From Vicugna vicugna (Eukaryota), in NCBI GenBank assembly GCA_013265495.1, contig MU058337.1:1952686-2016685 (forward strand): a stretch of 64,000 nucleotides of DNA. Reading direction: 5' to 3'. Positions 34,661-48,884 of the stretch are shown piece after piece; the stretch's first letter is position 1, and each line of letters starts with the position of its first letter. The translations under genes were made by a program, and so were the position numbers. Below the pieces are notes generated by a model that saw only the letters and a list, made by a program, of their open reading frames with translations, searched no databases and was not told where the DNA came from.

Positions 34661-36939
34661 CTGCTGGGTCAATTTATATCTTTTGCTTTCTAAAAATTTT
34701 TGATTAAAAACTTTTTTTGATTTATCCCAAAATATTACTTTTATAAAGTGAAATTTTAAAAATAAATATTTTTAGCAACAATCCTAGAAAATGCCATTCA
34801 GTATCAGATTGCATAGGACTGTCAGTCTTCTGGAATCTCAAATAGTCATCAGAATGACGCTTTTTTTGTTGTTAAAGATTGAAACAGTATTTCTTTTGTG
34901 ATGCTGTAAGAATGTGAAACATTCTAGTCGCAGGAGGTGTGTAATGAAGGCATATTGATTGCTCTTTATTGAAAAACTTGTATCATTGATTGAAAAGGAA
35001 CCTTTAAAAGAGTAGAAATTAGAGGGAAAGGATTTTCAGGACAACCTCTGGATTCTTTTATTTTTAATAAAAATGTTTTCTTGTCGTTTGCTTTTCACTG
35101 CCTATGGTGCCATTTATCAAACTTGCTTTCTCCTTGTCTGGTGCCGTGGAATGAGCATTGATGTGGAAATTGAAGGACCTGGAGCCCAAGACAGGCCAGT
35201 TCTGTTACCTCCAAGAATTGTAAGTTTTTCCCCAGAAAGTAGTTGAACCAGAGTGCGCAGACAACCTCCTTTAGTAAGAAAATATACAGTTGAATTCAAA
35301 TAAACTTTTATGCTCTGCCTAAGTCATGCCTGGATTGTTTGAAGAAAACCTTTCTTTTCTATATTTATTTTGCTTAAATTTGTAATCAAAGACAGTTTTT
35401 CATTTTGTTTTTTATCTGCTCTCTCCCCAAGTGCAGACCGGCTTTGAGGCATGGTGCCGAGTCTGGGAGCTTCATTCGTGTTCTTTTTCTAGTCTCCTCT
35501 CCCTTCTTTCTTTCTCTTTATCCCAAATCCTGCCAGTTTCCCTCATATTCCTTTGATTCTTCCTATTTTATGATGTTAATTAGAGGAATTAAATACTTTC
35601 AAGACAAGGTTTCATGTCAGCTGAAATGGTTTGGAAATCACATTCTCTTATTGGGTTATTATTTTCTTCCCCCAATGTGATTTCTGACTTTCAACCCATT
35701 TTATGTGAAATGTTTTAGACAGAACTAATTACTGTCAGTAACAAATTTTTAATCCTTTCTCAGCCACTTACTGGACACTTGAGTAAGGTTTTATAGTCTT
35801 TAAAACTAAATGCATCAAATCTACCTTTTCTCATTAGGAAAGACTTAAAAAAATGATGATCATAAAGATCTTTTAAAATTAAAAAAATCTCATTCAAAAC
35901 AAATTCTTCGCACACGTGCTTGTTTTGGGTACCTCTTCTCAGATCGTGTAAGAGACTGTTTCCTTTCCTCGGAGCCTCTGTAGCAGCTACGATGTGTTTC
36001 TTCATTCATCAATATTTTTAATCTGACATTTGGAGGCTGAGTAGTTACAGAGAAATACCCATGACCTAGATTTCACATCCCTCCCCTGCCAATTAAGGCA
36101 ATATATATATTTTTTTAAATAGAAAAAGGAAAAAACAGGAAAAAAAAGTTTAGTACTTGGTAATAAATTTTTACCTGATGGACTTAGAAAGATGGTTTCA
36201 ATAGATAAAGGTTAGAGAGTGCACATAATTCCTTCTTCTTTTTAAAAATTATTTGAACTTTACATTCTGGAAAAACATTTTGGGCATTTTAAAATTTATT
36301 ACATTTTTTTCTGTTTTTACCAAATTTTGGTGGGGGGAGGACTTATAATTTCTGTACGCTGGTGAAACATGGAGAGCTACGTGAGGAGGTGTGTCCTCAC
36401 TGCAACTTCATTTTTTATGACTTCGCTGTATCAGGACGTCTATGAGCAACATTTCTGTGCAAGTTGATGCGATAGAGTAAATTTTCTATGTTGGCATCCA
36501 GACTGCCTCGTTCAGGGACTGTCTCTGTACATTTACAGTGTGAACTTAGACTAGTTATTTACCCTTTCTAAATTTCAGGTTTTTAATCTGAAAAGCTAGA
36601 ATCATAATATAACTCTTGGATTTGTTATTTAAGAGAAGAAATGAGTACACACACACACACGCACATGCACACATACATACATAGTATTATACAGAGCAGA
36701 GGTGCATAGTATTAAACACAAAGGTAAGATGATATTATGCTGCTTTAAGATAAAATATTTACCGTTCTGAAAATACAGTGGACCCAGAAGAAAATAGTCT
36801 GCTGGAACATCTTCCTCTTTTTCAAGACAGCCCAGAACTGACTCTCCTTCATGGTGCATTAGCTGTGCCTAGGAATTGATCACCCAGCCTTATTCCGAGA
36901 CCAGGGTGGGCAGAGTGATGTTGCTACTCTCCCCCCACC

Positions 36940-37112
36940 ACCCTGTGCCTGGGCCCAGGCCCTGGTCCCTAGAACCTGAGCATGTTACATTGCATGGCAA
37001 AAGAGCCTTTACAGATATAATGAAGATTATGGACCTGAAAATGGTTAAATAATCCTGGATTTCTCAGGTGGGTTCAACCTAATCACATGAGCCCTAAAAA
37101 GAAAAGTGCTCT
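36940..37112 (+). mobile_element. MLT1 (MLT1D/E/F-like) LTR, 5' part
   Basis: tccctagaacctgagcatgttacattgcatggcaaaagag...taatcctggattt...gtgggttcaacctaatcacatgagccct. Confidence 0.85.
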
Positions 37113-37820
37113 CTCAAAAGGAACTCTTCTACAATATTGGTGGGGATTTAATTTGGTGCAGCCACTGTGGAGAACAGTGTGGAGGTTCCTTAAAAACCTA
37201 AATGTAGAATTACCATATGATCCATCAATCCCACTCCTGGGCATATATCCAGAGAAAATTCTAATTTGAAAACATACATGCACCTCAATGTTTATAGCAG
37301 CACTATTTACAATGGCCAAGACATGGAAACAACCTAAATGTCCATTGACAGATGACTGGATAAAGAAACTGTGGTATATTTATACAACGGAATACTACTC
37401 AGCCATAAAAAGGATAAAATAATGCCTTTTGCAGCAACATGGATGAACTTAAAGATTATCATATGAAGTAAGTCAGAGGAAGAAAAATACTATATGTGTG
37501 AAATGATACAAATCACTTATTTACAAAACAGAAACACTCACAGACAGAAAACAAACTTATAGTTACCAAAGGGGAAAGGTGGGGGAGGGATAAATTAGGA
37601 GTTTGGGATTATCAGATACACACTACTATATATGAAAAAATAGACAAACAAGAAGGACCTACTGTATAGCACAGGGAATTATATCCAATAACTTATAATA
37701 ACCTATAATGGAAAAGAATCTGAAGAAGAATTTTTATATATATGTATAAATGAATCACTGTGCTGTAGACCTGAAACTAACACAACCTTGTAGATCAACA
37801 ATATTTCAATTAAAAAGAAG
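37113..37820 (+). mobile_element. L1 3' end inserted into the MLT1 LTR
   Basis: ORF 37087-37269 contains [33 protein letters not shown] (L1 ORF2 C-terminus); complete 3'UTR ending tttcaattaaaaag. Confidence 0.95.
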
Positions 37821-38190
37821 AAGAAGAGAGCTCAGGAGCTGGAAGTGAGGGATGCAGCTGAAGGGGGAGTCATGGAGATGCTATGAGTGAAAAGAACCCG
37901 AGGTACTGCTACTGGCTCTGAGCTTAGGGGCCACAGGTGAGGACCGGGGAAAGGCCTCTGGAAGCTAACTGCAGGCCCAGCTGGCAGTCAGCAAGGAAGC
38001 AGGGACCTCAGTCCTACAACCGCAAGGGCCTGGTTTCTGCCAACACCTGGACTGACGCAGCAGGAGATTCTTCTCCAGGGCCTTCAGACGGGAGCCCAGT
38101 GGACCAACCCTTAGACTTCGGGCCTGTGAGACCCGGAGCAGAGACACCAGCCGACCCAGACACCCGACCTGCAGATCTGCGAGGAAACGA
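37821..38190 (+). mobile_element. MLT1 LTR, 3' part
   Basis: cagcaaggaagcagggacctcagtcctacaaccgcaagg...ttctgccaacacctg...gattcttctccagggcct...gcctgtgagaccc. Confidence 0.85.
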
Positions 38191-39759
38191 ATACTGAGAG
38201 CGGCCTGATTGTCCCAGGGTTCGCCAGAAGGCACGTCCTGCCCCGGTCTCTGGGGCTCCAAAGCAAATCAAGCAGCTCCCGCAGCCGCAGCCGACAGACA
38301 GTAAGCCAACAACCTAAACGGAGTGTTCGCGAGGCACACACTTAATAAAACTAAAACCCTTGGAGAAGTGCTGTTCTGCCTGCCGAGTCCACGTGACTAA
38401 TACAAAAAAACTGGGGATCATCCCAGAGGAATAAAAGTCCTCCTTTCTGCGTGTTAGGAGGACTATTCTAAATAAAGCTGTAGCTTAAACTCGGGAGAGA
38501 TTTTAAAGCAGTCTCTTCCTGGCTGAATCAATCTTCACAGTATCCCTGCGTTTTTCTAAGTGATGTATTGGACTTCTCGGCAGGGCCAGATGTTGATGTG
38601 GACTTTCATTTGCTGGACAGGAGATTATAGAGAACGCTCAATATAAAAGTGTCCACTCTGGATTTCATTAGGGAACAAATGAGCTATGGCCGGTCCTGGG
38701 GTTTAAACAGAGACCCGGCTCAAAGCACAGCTGTTTCCTTCTCTTTCCCAGGGCAGAAAAAACCAGTGCTGCTCGACATTGACCAGGTCCCCTGTCTACC
38801 CCCTACTGGTCTCCAGGCTGCCCTTTGATTTCAGCTGGTCCCCAGCTGTCCCCACATCCTGCCTCCTCACTTCTCACCTGCCTCCTTCACAGCCCACCTC
38901 GCTCAGGAGGGATTAGGAACAAGACGGACAGCGTGACTCGTGGTCTGTTTTAATCACAGTTAATGTAGCTTTGCTTCCTTCTGGTAAGGACCCCAAAACT
39001 CCAGTTGTAGAGGGGATTATATTTGCAAGAACATTTCGCCTGATGTGGCAACTTGTTTTCCTGTCCCCCATAGTAAATTCAGTCCACGTTTCACTCTGAG
39101 TGTTGTCCCAGGCGTTTTTTGATAACTTGTATACAGCGATGAGTCCCTGTGTGGAAAGGACTCTTATGTTTTACTCCTACCCCAGTAGTCATCTCACTGC
39201 ACAAAGTGTACTGTACAAAAAAAGCCCTTCAGTTTTACTGAGTGCAAATTTATTGCCTTTGTAATTTGACAGCATTTTTTGCTCAACGTATGATGCATGG
39301 TTTCATTTTTGGCAGTCTGAATGTCTACCAGGACACACGTCCGAAAATCCAGTCCTGGTGGTAATCAATAAACAAGAAGTCTTGTGCCAGAGTCATTAGT
39401 CTCTGTGTTTTCTTCTCTCTCAACAACATGCTCCTGGGAAAAAAAAAATACTGAGTGAAAATCTTTAATGAATGCCAGACCTGTGGGTGTTACTGTCACT
39501 CCATTTACCTCTCTGTTAAAAACTTTGATTTTTAATCAAACCTTTCAAAACCTTTTTCTTGCCTGCATAGATCGATCCTTCCTCCAAGGAGTGGGCCCAC
39601 TCTTTCCAGTGGTTACATTGAAAGTTTCAAATGAGTCGTTCGGGTATTGACACGACAGCCCAACAGCTGGACAGAATGTATTTGACTGTAATTGGCTGTG
39701 CGGAATCATGACTGTTAGGTTTCTCGACGTCTTCAAAGAGTTTTACTTGAATTTCTTTC

Positions 39760-40119
39760 CTTTTTTTAATTGAAGTGTAGTTGGTTTACAAAGGTGCGTT
39801 AATTTCTGGTGTACAGCATAGTGATTCAGTTATACATGTATATTCTTTTTCATATTCTTTTTATTATAGGTTATTATAAGATAGTGAATGTGGCTCCCTG
39901 TGCTGTACAGTAGGACCTTGTTATTTATCTATTTTATACATAGTAGTTTGTATCTGCAAGTCCCAAACTCTCAATTTACCCCCCACCCCTTTTCCCCCGG
40001 TAACCATGAGTCGGTTTTCTATGCCTATGAGTCTGTCTCTGTTTTGTAAAAGAGTCCATTTGTGTTTTCTTTCTTTCTTTCCTTTTCTTTCCTTTCTTTT
40101 TAGATCCCAGATATAAGTG
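39760..40119 (-). mobile_element. Short L1 3' end
   Basis: tttttaattgaagtgtagttg...ctgtacagtaggaccttgtt...tttagatcccagatataagtga. Confidence 0.92.
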
Positions 40120-42948
40120 ATTTTTCAAGAGTCCTCGTCCACGGCTCCAGGGACATTTTGTAGTCCAGGCTGCACTCACAGTCACTGTCTTCTCACCAGA
40201 TACACCCACACTCACTCACAGCATCTTCTATTGCATCCGAAGCCATCATGTTTTCCTCTGTTAAATACATCGTCCTGCTGGACCAGCACCGTCCAGAGGA
40301 GAAGCACGCTCCAGATTACTCTCAGAAGTACGTATTTAATGGGCAAAAATAAAGCCCGAGACAATAGCAAATTTGGATCGGCAAAAAAAATGGGAAAGAT
40401 TTGGAATAGAAGGTGTTATTGAGAAGACCGTCTTTTCCCAGGGAGACCCAGGTGGTGACGGCCTGGGTGGAAGGAAAACAGTCGCCCCAGCGGGGCTTTG
40501 GAAGAAGTTTGTTGAGGAAGGAGAGTCACAGAAAAACAAAAGACCAGCAAATAAAAGACCTCCCCCCAACCTCCAAGAATGTTCACTTTGCTTTCTTCTT
40601 TATTTGCCCAGGACTTTTTCCCGTTTACAGTTTAGGCCAGTAGATCCCCTTACATCTTTGTATTGATTTTGGATCTCATATTACCTGAAAATCATTTCAC
40701 TTGATTTGAGACGAGATAAGGAAGTTATAATCATGTCCTAAGACTCTTTGTATGCTGAATATTGAGAACTCTGTATTTCTCCGGAAGATTTGTCTACAGT
40801 TGGAACATCACTTAAGCAAAATGGACCCAGTGCACCATGTTATTCCTGTGTGGTCTCTCCTTAGATGGGATATCTTGAAAGCCTGAGCTCATGTAAGGAC
40901 CATTAAAAAAATTTCACTGCTCTTTATTATGGAAAATGTAACTTTGCCATGCAAAATATGTTTTATGGTGGTGAGTTCAAATGTCTCCATCTAAGGTCTA
41001 AGCTTATACTGTTTGAAAGAGGAGGGTGTACTTTTGTTAATATTCATAATTCTCTGCCCTCTTGAGTTAGGGGTTTCATTGGTTTTAGTCCTATAAAACA
41101 GGCATTTTATATGATTTGAAATGTTCTGAATTCTTCAGTTCAGTTTAAAATATTAATTTAGCTGTCACTAAAAATATGTCTTTTGGTTGGGTCATTTTAT
41201 ATCTTTATGAAGTTAATGAAAGTTGCATAATGGATTTATCCATGTGAAATTTCTGTTTTTCAAGGTTGAATTTTTAGGGGAAAAGGAAGACATATGATCA
41301 CTAGGAGCTAATTTAGTGAAATAGAGGAGGGTTTGTATTTCCTAGTCCAAGTGAAAAGATAGGGTATTCACTTATTAGCTGTACAGACACACACACACAC
41401 ACCCCTGCACAACTTAGCCAAGGACATAGAGTTATCTAATTCTTTTTTATTCTCATTAATTATGTGTTTCTTTTCCATTCATCAAATTTATTTGTCATCC
41501 TCTTTCCCTCCTTAAAAAATACATACATATATATATATATTTTTTTTTCTTTTACTGAGACAGACACTAAGGAATGCATACAAGCAGGAGATATTAAATG
41601 GATGTGTTGTTTCCGGAACCATTTGAGCCAGGTGAAGGATTTATGGGTAGCTCAAAATTCCTCCTCAACTTGGCATTATTTCTCAAAGGGAGGAGTTAAC
41701 TGACACTGAATGGAAGTGCTGAACATCATATGATGTCATCCACTCTTGCATATGTAGCCAAAGGGGGAGATCGCTTTGGCTCACCCCTTCCTTTGTGTGC
41801 AAAGGATAAATGTCTTCTGGAATATTCCTGGGCTCTCTTGATGCAGACTGTGGAGAAGGGGGAGGCTGTGGTGGGCGTGAGGAAGGAGGAGGTGAGCACA
41901 GGGTTTGGAGAGGGCTCTGGGGGAGCTGGAGGGTAAGGTGGTGGAGAGCGGGGGATGGGGGTCAGGGAGCAAAACTGAGCAAAGCCCTTCAAGACGGCTG
42001 AGAGGCAGAGGTGAGAGGCAGGCGGCCCTAAAGCGTTGCCGCAGATTGTACTTTGGATCTCTTTTTACGTTCTTCACGAAGCTCAAGGAATGATTTGATT
42101 TTTAAAATTACTTATGGTTGGCGGACTCCTTCGTTGACATTGACCCTATGTGACAAAAGCCCTGGCTTATATTTGGATATGTTACTTTTATGTGTTTTAT
42201 TCTTGTGATTTTTATTCTTCCTTCTTATGGAAAACAAATGGGAGATCATTTTACAACTTTTAAAAAGATGACATTTTAAAGTTTATGAAATGGATGTGTG
42301 TCATCTTTTCTATTACTCCAGTTTTGAAAAAAGATGGGTTCTCCCTTCTTTCAGCTGGGAATCTCTGTTCCCTCAGCCCCCGATCACCCGGGGCTTTCCT
42401 TTGCCCAGCACGTGCCAGCCGTTGGCACGGCCCTGGGTGAGCAGGGTGCTGCAGAAGGAGGCGGCTTTCCCGAGGAGGCCGGCGCTGCGGGGACACAGTC
42501 TGGGAGACTAACTGGAAAGCCGGCAGCTGGCCAGTCCACCTGCTCGCAGGGTCAGCCTGCTTCTCTCTTCCTGCTTTCCTTACTGAGACCGCCTGCCTCC
42601 GACTGACGCCCGCCTCATCCATCCCGTCAAGGCCTCGTCTGTAGTCCTTCCTCCCCGCTCACGGCTTCTAGAACCACCTCATCCCCCACCATTTATGCTC
42701 TTGGCAGCCGAATGTCTGTTCCCAGTACTCTTCTGAAACGGCTTTGAGTGTCCCAGACACTTCCTTTAGTTCTCACCGCCTTTTAATTCTGCAGGTTTAA
42801 CACTTCTGAACAGCGTCCTTCTCCCTAAACTTCACTTTTTCCATCACTGTTTCCACTTCCTCCTCCCTTACTCAGAAGGTGGTTGTTTTCTAAGATGTTG
42901 TCCTTGGTCTCTGCTGTTTCCCCTCCCTGCCGACCACACACGCATGGA

Positions 42949-42949
<1 letters not shown>

Positions 42950-42979
<30 letters not shown>
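42950..42979. repeat. (CA)n microsatellite, about 15 units
   Basis: Directly visible. Confidence 0.95.
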
Positions 42980-42981
<2 letters not shown>

Positions 42982-43121
42982 ACTGGCCGTCTCTCCCACT
43001 GGGAGCCCATGGGTGTGACTGCCACATTTATACTTCTGGTTTCAAAGTAATTAATATCTTGAATCACTTGTTCATATATTCATTCATTTGAGTGGCCTGT
43101 TGAAAGCCTTCTCTGTACCTG

Positions 43122-43600
43122 TGTTACTGAGTCCAAGCGCATAGTGCTCACTGCCGGACAGGCCAGTAAATTGAGAGATGAGTTGGAGGAGGGAATAACA
43201 ACTTTATTTGGAAAGCCAGAGCAGATCAAGAAGATGGTAGACTAGTGTCCCAAAGAAGCCTCTTGCCTGGGTTAGAATTCAGGCTTCTTTTATACTAATA
43301 GGGGAGGGAGTACAGTCAAACAGTTCCTGTTTCCCATCAGCCTCCAGAGGGGAGGTGCTAATTTCTGCCTCCCTGGTCATTCACAGGATGGTCTGATCAG
43401 GTTGTTTCCCAGGAGCTAAACAAAGGCATTTCAGTTTAACACTCATTACCTGGGAGGCGGGGTTCCCAGAGACGGCCGTATGTATCATTTAAGCTTATGG
43501 GCACCATCCCCTAAGGGATGAACTTGTAGCAAAAGCAACAGAATATAAAAGTTAAAGAAACAGATCAACGTGGAGTCAGACTTCTGCTTTCCTGTTCCGT
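43122..43600 (-). mobile_element. ERV1-type solo LTR (MER41-like)
   Basis: Left edge tgttact (LTR 3' ...ACA end on the minus strand); on the minus strand TATAAAA (43288-43294) precedes AATAAA (43203-43208); gactcca motif near the 5' end as in MER41-group LTRs; about 480 bp. Confidence 0.75.
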
Positions 43601-45399
43601 CAGGCCTTTGAGGTGGACGCTGGAGGCAGGACAGAGAGGAGGGGTCTATCAACTTTGTAAACCAGCAATTAAATTAGCATAATAAAATTCAGATTAGGTA
43701 TTTTCTATGTCCACTACCAAGTTTACTTCTTTTATTTTAATCTACCCACATTTTATGAGATAATGGTCTTTGCTTCTCAATACATTTCTTGCAGTTTTAA
43801 GGCCATGGTTAATTTCAAGGGGGCACAGCAGACTTTATAATTCATCATAGCAGTGAATATTTAGATCCTGTTTTTAAGTTTAATTTACATTCTTCTGTTT
43901 TCCTATCAACCACAAGGAAGAAGTCACTTATTTTATTATTGTTTATATAATATACATCATAAGCTTAGACTTCTGAAAATATTAACTCTCAAGGTAGATT
44001 CCAGGTACCTAAGCAATGACTCAGAATCATGACCATGTGTGGCCAGTGGCTTATCAGTTTTATCAGTAAATGTCCTGTCATTACGTCCATCAACCACACT
44101 GTGCTTTCTTCTGTCAAGATTCTTACTCTCAGCCTCATGTGAGTCACTTTATGGTTATAAAATTAGTAAATGGTTAATCATATCCTGTTGGCATAAAATT
44201 CTTTATTCAATGGAGGAATTCAAAAGCTTAATGGGGTCGAGTCTCTCAACCATATTATTTGAATTTGCAGTTGGGCAGCCCAGTTTTGAAAAGATTCCAG
44301 ACTTGCCACAATGAGCTATTTAAAACAAAACGTTTCTGCACTCTTCCTCAAACAGGTTAATGCAAGAAGTTAGAGATAATCCACTCCAGTGTGTCAGGAG
44401 TATGCCATTCAGACCAGTGGCTGATCAGTGAAGACGGATTCTTAATATATGATGATGATGGTGATAATTTCTTTCATGCACAAAAAGAAAGGTGTTTACT
44501 TCCCTCCTCAGTTATCTGGGTTTTCTTGGAGACACAAATGATACCATCTGAGGCAAAATTAACACTTAATAGAATATTACCACTGTTTGACTCCGACAAA
44601 TGTAAAAATTTTTGAAATTATGTATTACTGCATATGTCAAGGAAAATGTTCAGTTATCGCAGACATCCTAATATGCAGAGTTCGATTTTGTATCACTTTT
44701 ATGACCAGAAATAAACACTAACAATTTTTTGAATTCTGTGGATATTGTTGAACCATCTCTAAGGTGAAATATAATTTTTTATCTTCAATCCAAAAACATG
44801 GAAAATTTCTAAAAATAATAGGGAGCTTTCCCACCCATCATGAAATGTCACACCATCATTTTTTCCCACTAGATCATAGAATGCATTCTCTCTGGAGAAA
44901 AATGATGATTCGTCATGGGGGCACCTGCATTGTGGTTGATTGTTGTGAAACTGTGAGCTTTACAGGCTGTTTAGGAGACACGGCTTCCCAAGATTCTATA
45001 TGTTATTTTTATTTTATTTTTTAATCAAAGACCACATCAGAATTTCAAAGAAAATATAGAACACCTGTTCATGCCCGCCTCACCATGACTTGAGGTCTGG
45101 ACGAACAGTATTAGCAAGTCTGTTGGGCACTTAGAGTTACAGCCCCTCCCTTCAACTCTGTTTTTACCTTCATATTTGATTGTTTTTCTTCAACTTGTTC
45201 CTCAATTTCTTAGAGTGTGGAAAGAAGGGCTTCCCTCCCCCTTTCTGATGAGGACCTCCTCTGAAAACTCAACAATGTTGGCTTTTATTTTTTACACAAT
45301 GGTTTCCCATTAAAGTTCATTTGAAGAAATCGTTCAGCCTCTTAATGTACAAAAGCCATGCCATGCTGATATTCAGGAGGGAGAAGAAGCATTGCATTT

Positions 45400-45570
45400 C
45401 AGGGTTTAAAGGACCTTCAAGACCCCAGAACTCCAATCATTGCAATACCCTTAAAACAGATGAGGAAACTGGGGCTAGATGCGTTAGTGACATCGACAGA
45501 GTTAATGAGCGTTGGAACAGCTGAGTTGACAACTAATTCAGTCCTTATCTCATGCTACAGTTTGCTTCTC
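45400..45570 (-). mobile_element. MIR/MIR3 remnant
   Basis: acagatgaggaaactggggctagatgcgttagtgac core motif. Confidence 0.65.
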
Positions 45571-48500
45571 ACCATCATTCCTCTGTGATATTCTCTACCA
45601 TTCACCACAGTGCTGTCACTCTTTCGTTACTTATTTTTGGAGACGATGGATATGAGGAAACATTCAGCAATATCTTTCCCTTTCTCCAAGGTACTATCAG
45701 TAACCTATCTGATTGGCATTCATCCAGTCAACAACCATGGAATGAACACTTTCTATGTCCTGGGCATTTTGGTAGATTCCTGGGGATTACAGTGTCACGA
45801 CTGTATTCATTGCCTTTTGGAATCACGTCTATGCAGACTGAAACGCCATTCAAGGCTTGCTAGGACAATGCCTTCCTGCCCTATGTTGGTCTGTATTTGG
45901 TGCTTCTTTCTCTGTGAAGACTGCTTAGCTCAAGAGCGGAGGGAAAGGGATGTTGCTCTGCATGGGCAATCAGGGCGGGTAGAGACGGGAGGAGAAGTAC
46001 TGAATTTTGTCTTTCAACATGAGCAAGTTTTGAGATACTCAGAACACGCTTCTCTACGCTGATTACAGCCTGCTCCTCTGTCTCTAAGGATGGAAGGATT
46101 GTGTCTGGGAAGAAGCTGCTACCTCTGAGTCAATGAGCTGATGAGACCTATAAACCTCAGGTCATAAAGCATCGTTATAGGCTTAAATGATGAGATTTGG
46201 AATAATTAAGTAGTCTGGTCTCTTTGTGGAAAATATTCGCTAAGAGATCATTGTTGTCATCTGTCTAATTGCTTCTCAGATAGATAAGAGGTGGGTCGGA
46301 GAACAATGATGGCGGAAAGGGGTGCTGAGGGGAGGAACTCTGGGGATGCTGGTGGAGGCATACACTTGTCAGTACTTTCTGAGGAGAGATGGGGACCCTT
46401 GCCATTGATGCAGCAAAGAATGTTCACCTGGTGGTTGTTGGATGAACAATCATCAATAAGACTGTTGATAGTATTTTGGAGAAAGGGGAAAGCACTACTG
46501 GATGTTTTCGCATGTCCATAGTCTCAGAAGATAAAGAAATAAGTAGTAAAAAAGTGACAGTGCTGTGAAGAATATCCCTGAGGGATGACGAGGAGGCACA
46601 CTAGTAGACTGAAATAAGGACTAAACTGGTTGTCAGCTGTCCCGGTTCTGATTTAGCACAGTTTTTGAGCGCAGCTGAGCGTTGACTCCGTACTGAGACC
46701 CTCTGCTGAAAACACATCCCGCACCCAGAGAACCCCGGGCTCAGCCCACAGGTGCCACTTAGCTCCCTGCGGGGAAGCTGAGGGAGGCCCCTCCCAGGAA
46801 GTAGCCTTTGACCAGGATCTTGAAGAACAAGGATGAGTGTTGGAGACCATCTCAAGGGCTTGTGTCTTATTTGACTCTATTCATTTTTACTGGACTGTGA
46901 AATGGGGGGTGGTGGGAACCAGAGGGGAGCAGTTTGAGGAGAAGGAGATGGAGGCAGACCCCCAGGTGACTCCTGGGAGGAATCACATCCTGCGCGCTCT
47001 CAGGGCGCGTCATCCACGGGCCTCCACGGCCCTGAGCAGCTCCAGCACTACGTGCTGAGGTGTCTCCCGCACTAGGTGGGGGAATGTCCCCTTGCTGTCT
47101 GTCAGTGCATGCCCAGGGCTTTAGCAGGAGACCTGGCACATAGTAGGTACTCACTAAATGTGCACATAGTAGGTACTCAGGGATGAAATAAAAACCCTTG
47201 CTCTTTTTTCTTGGCAGACTGAGTTAGATACATTTCCAAAAATAAACAAACTCCCATAAATTCAGACTTCCTGTGTATGAGACCATTTACGTCTTTCTCT
47301 CATCCTTTACTGACTTTCAGTTTCCCAGGTTTTTGCCTCGTACAAAAACTTTAAATATGATATACTTAATTTTGTTTGAATGTGAGCTTTGCATAGTGCT
47401 ACCCTAGAGGCATTTTGGATTGTATTACTAGTGGGTAATCCCAGACCACATTGTGTTAGAGGGATTTTCAGCATCCGTCCTTGGGACAGGAAGGTCTGAG
47501 GGTAAGGGGTTGAGGCTGGTTCACTGGGGCAGATTGTTTGGGTTTAGAAATGACCTTGTTGGCACAGCAGCTGCCCCTCACAGGTCTGGGCTTCTCAGCA
47601 AATGTGATTTAAGACCTCGTTGCCCTGTTACTGCCCTCCCCCCCGACCTGCTGGACATCACTCAGCTCTGTGTTCGCTGCCCGATGTGAATTTCCCCCAC
47701 CCCCTCCCCCTCTGTCTGCTGTTGACCCTGACTAACCCTGTCTTCACTTTATCAAACACTTCTTATTGCCTCCTCATCTTTGATTTTTAAATAATAATCA
47801 CGAGATGCCTGTTGGGGAGACCAAAACTGAGTTTTACCAGCTAAGCTTAGCCTGATTTTTCAAAAATCTGTCTCAGGTTTGTACATATTTTATTAAACTC
47901 CTGAAACCAGTCATATTTACATTATTTACAGTTTTCATGAAACCTCTGATCCTGGTTAGGGTTTTTTCTCCCCTAGATACATTCAGTTTCACCCTAGTTT
48001 TTTTGCTCTGCTTGTCCTGTTTGATGTTGTCTGCAGGAATCCCCTGGGCTTGGGGGCTGCCAGAGTTGGTTCACTGCCGAGGGTAAACTGCCTGCTTCCT
48101 GGGAAGCCAGTGGAAATGTGGCCTTTGAGCTGAAATGAGAAACAGGATAACATCCCTCCCTCACAGCTTCACTGTCATATAACTGCCCCCAAACACGACT
48201 TAGCCCATCTGAGCATTTCCACTTCAAGGCAGAGGCGACGTCTGTGGACACTTGCCTGCTGAGTCAGCGAGACATCCCTGTGAACAGCGAAGCTCTTACA
48301 CAGAAAATGTGATGCAATAATAATGAGCCACCTTCTGCAAGGGAAGCCTGGAATGTGGTTCCAATATAGTTTTGTTGGAGCTCTAAGCTTATTTTCTCAT
48401 TTGCAGTGGCACAGGAAGAGAGATTTTTGAATGCAGAGGTGACAGAGAGAGTCAGGATTACAAGGAATGAAAACTGCAGCTGGAGCTTCAAAGCCTCCGG

Positions 48501-48884
48501 ATCTCCTTGCCCCGGGCTCTGGGTTCGCAGGCTGCTGTGTTCTCGGGCGGCAGGCTGGGTCCTCAGCTTGGCAACCTGCCCGTCAGGTGCCCCAACTCAG
48601 GGATCTCACTGAGGGCGGGCCGGGGAGTAGGCTGTGAAGCGCGCTTTTCTACACTGGCTGTTCGTCTCAGTTGGGATTCACGTTCTTTGAAATGCCCACC
48701 TGCGCACCAAACGTGCCAAGACCTAATTCTTCATCCGGTTGCTGTGGGAGAACATGAACATCGGAGTCAATAAAATCAACTGAACATCCACCTAGGAACC
48801 ATCCGTGTACCTGAAAATACAGATACGACCTTTTAAAATTAATTAATTAATAAATTCGTGTATTTAGTAATTTGTTCATTTAGT

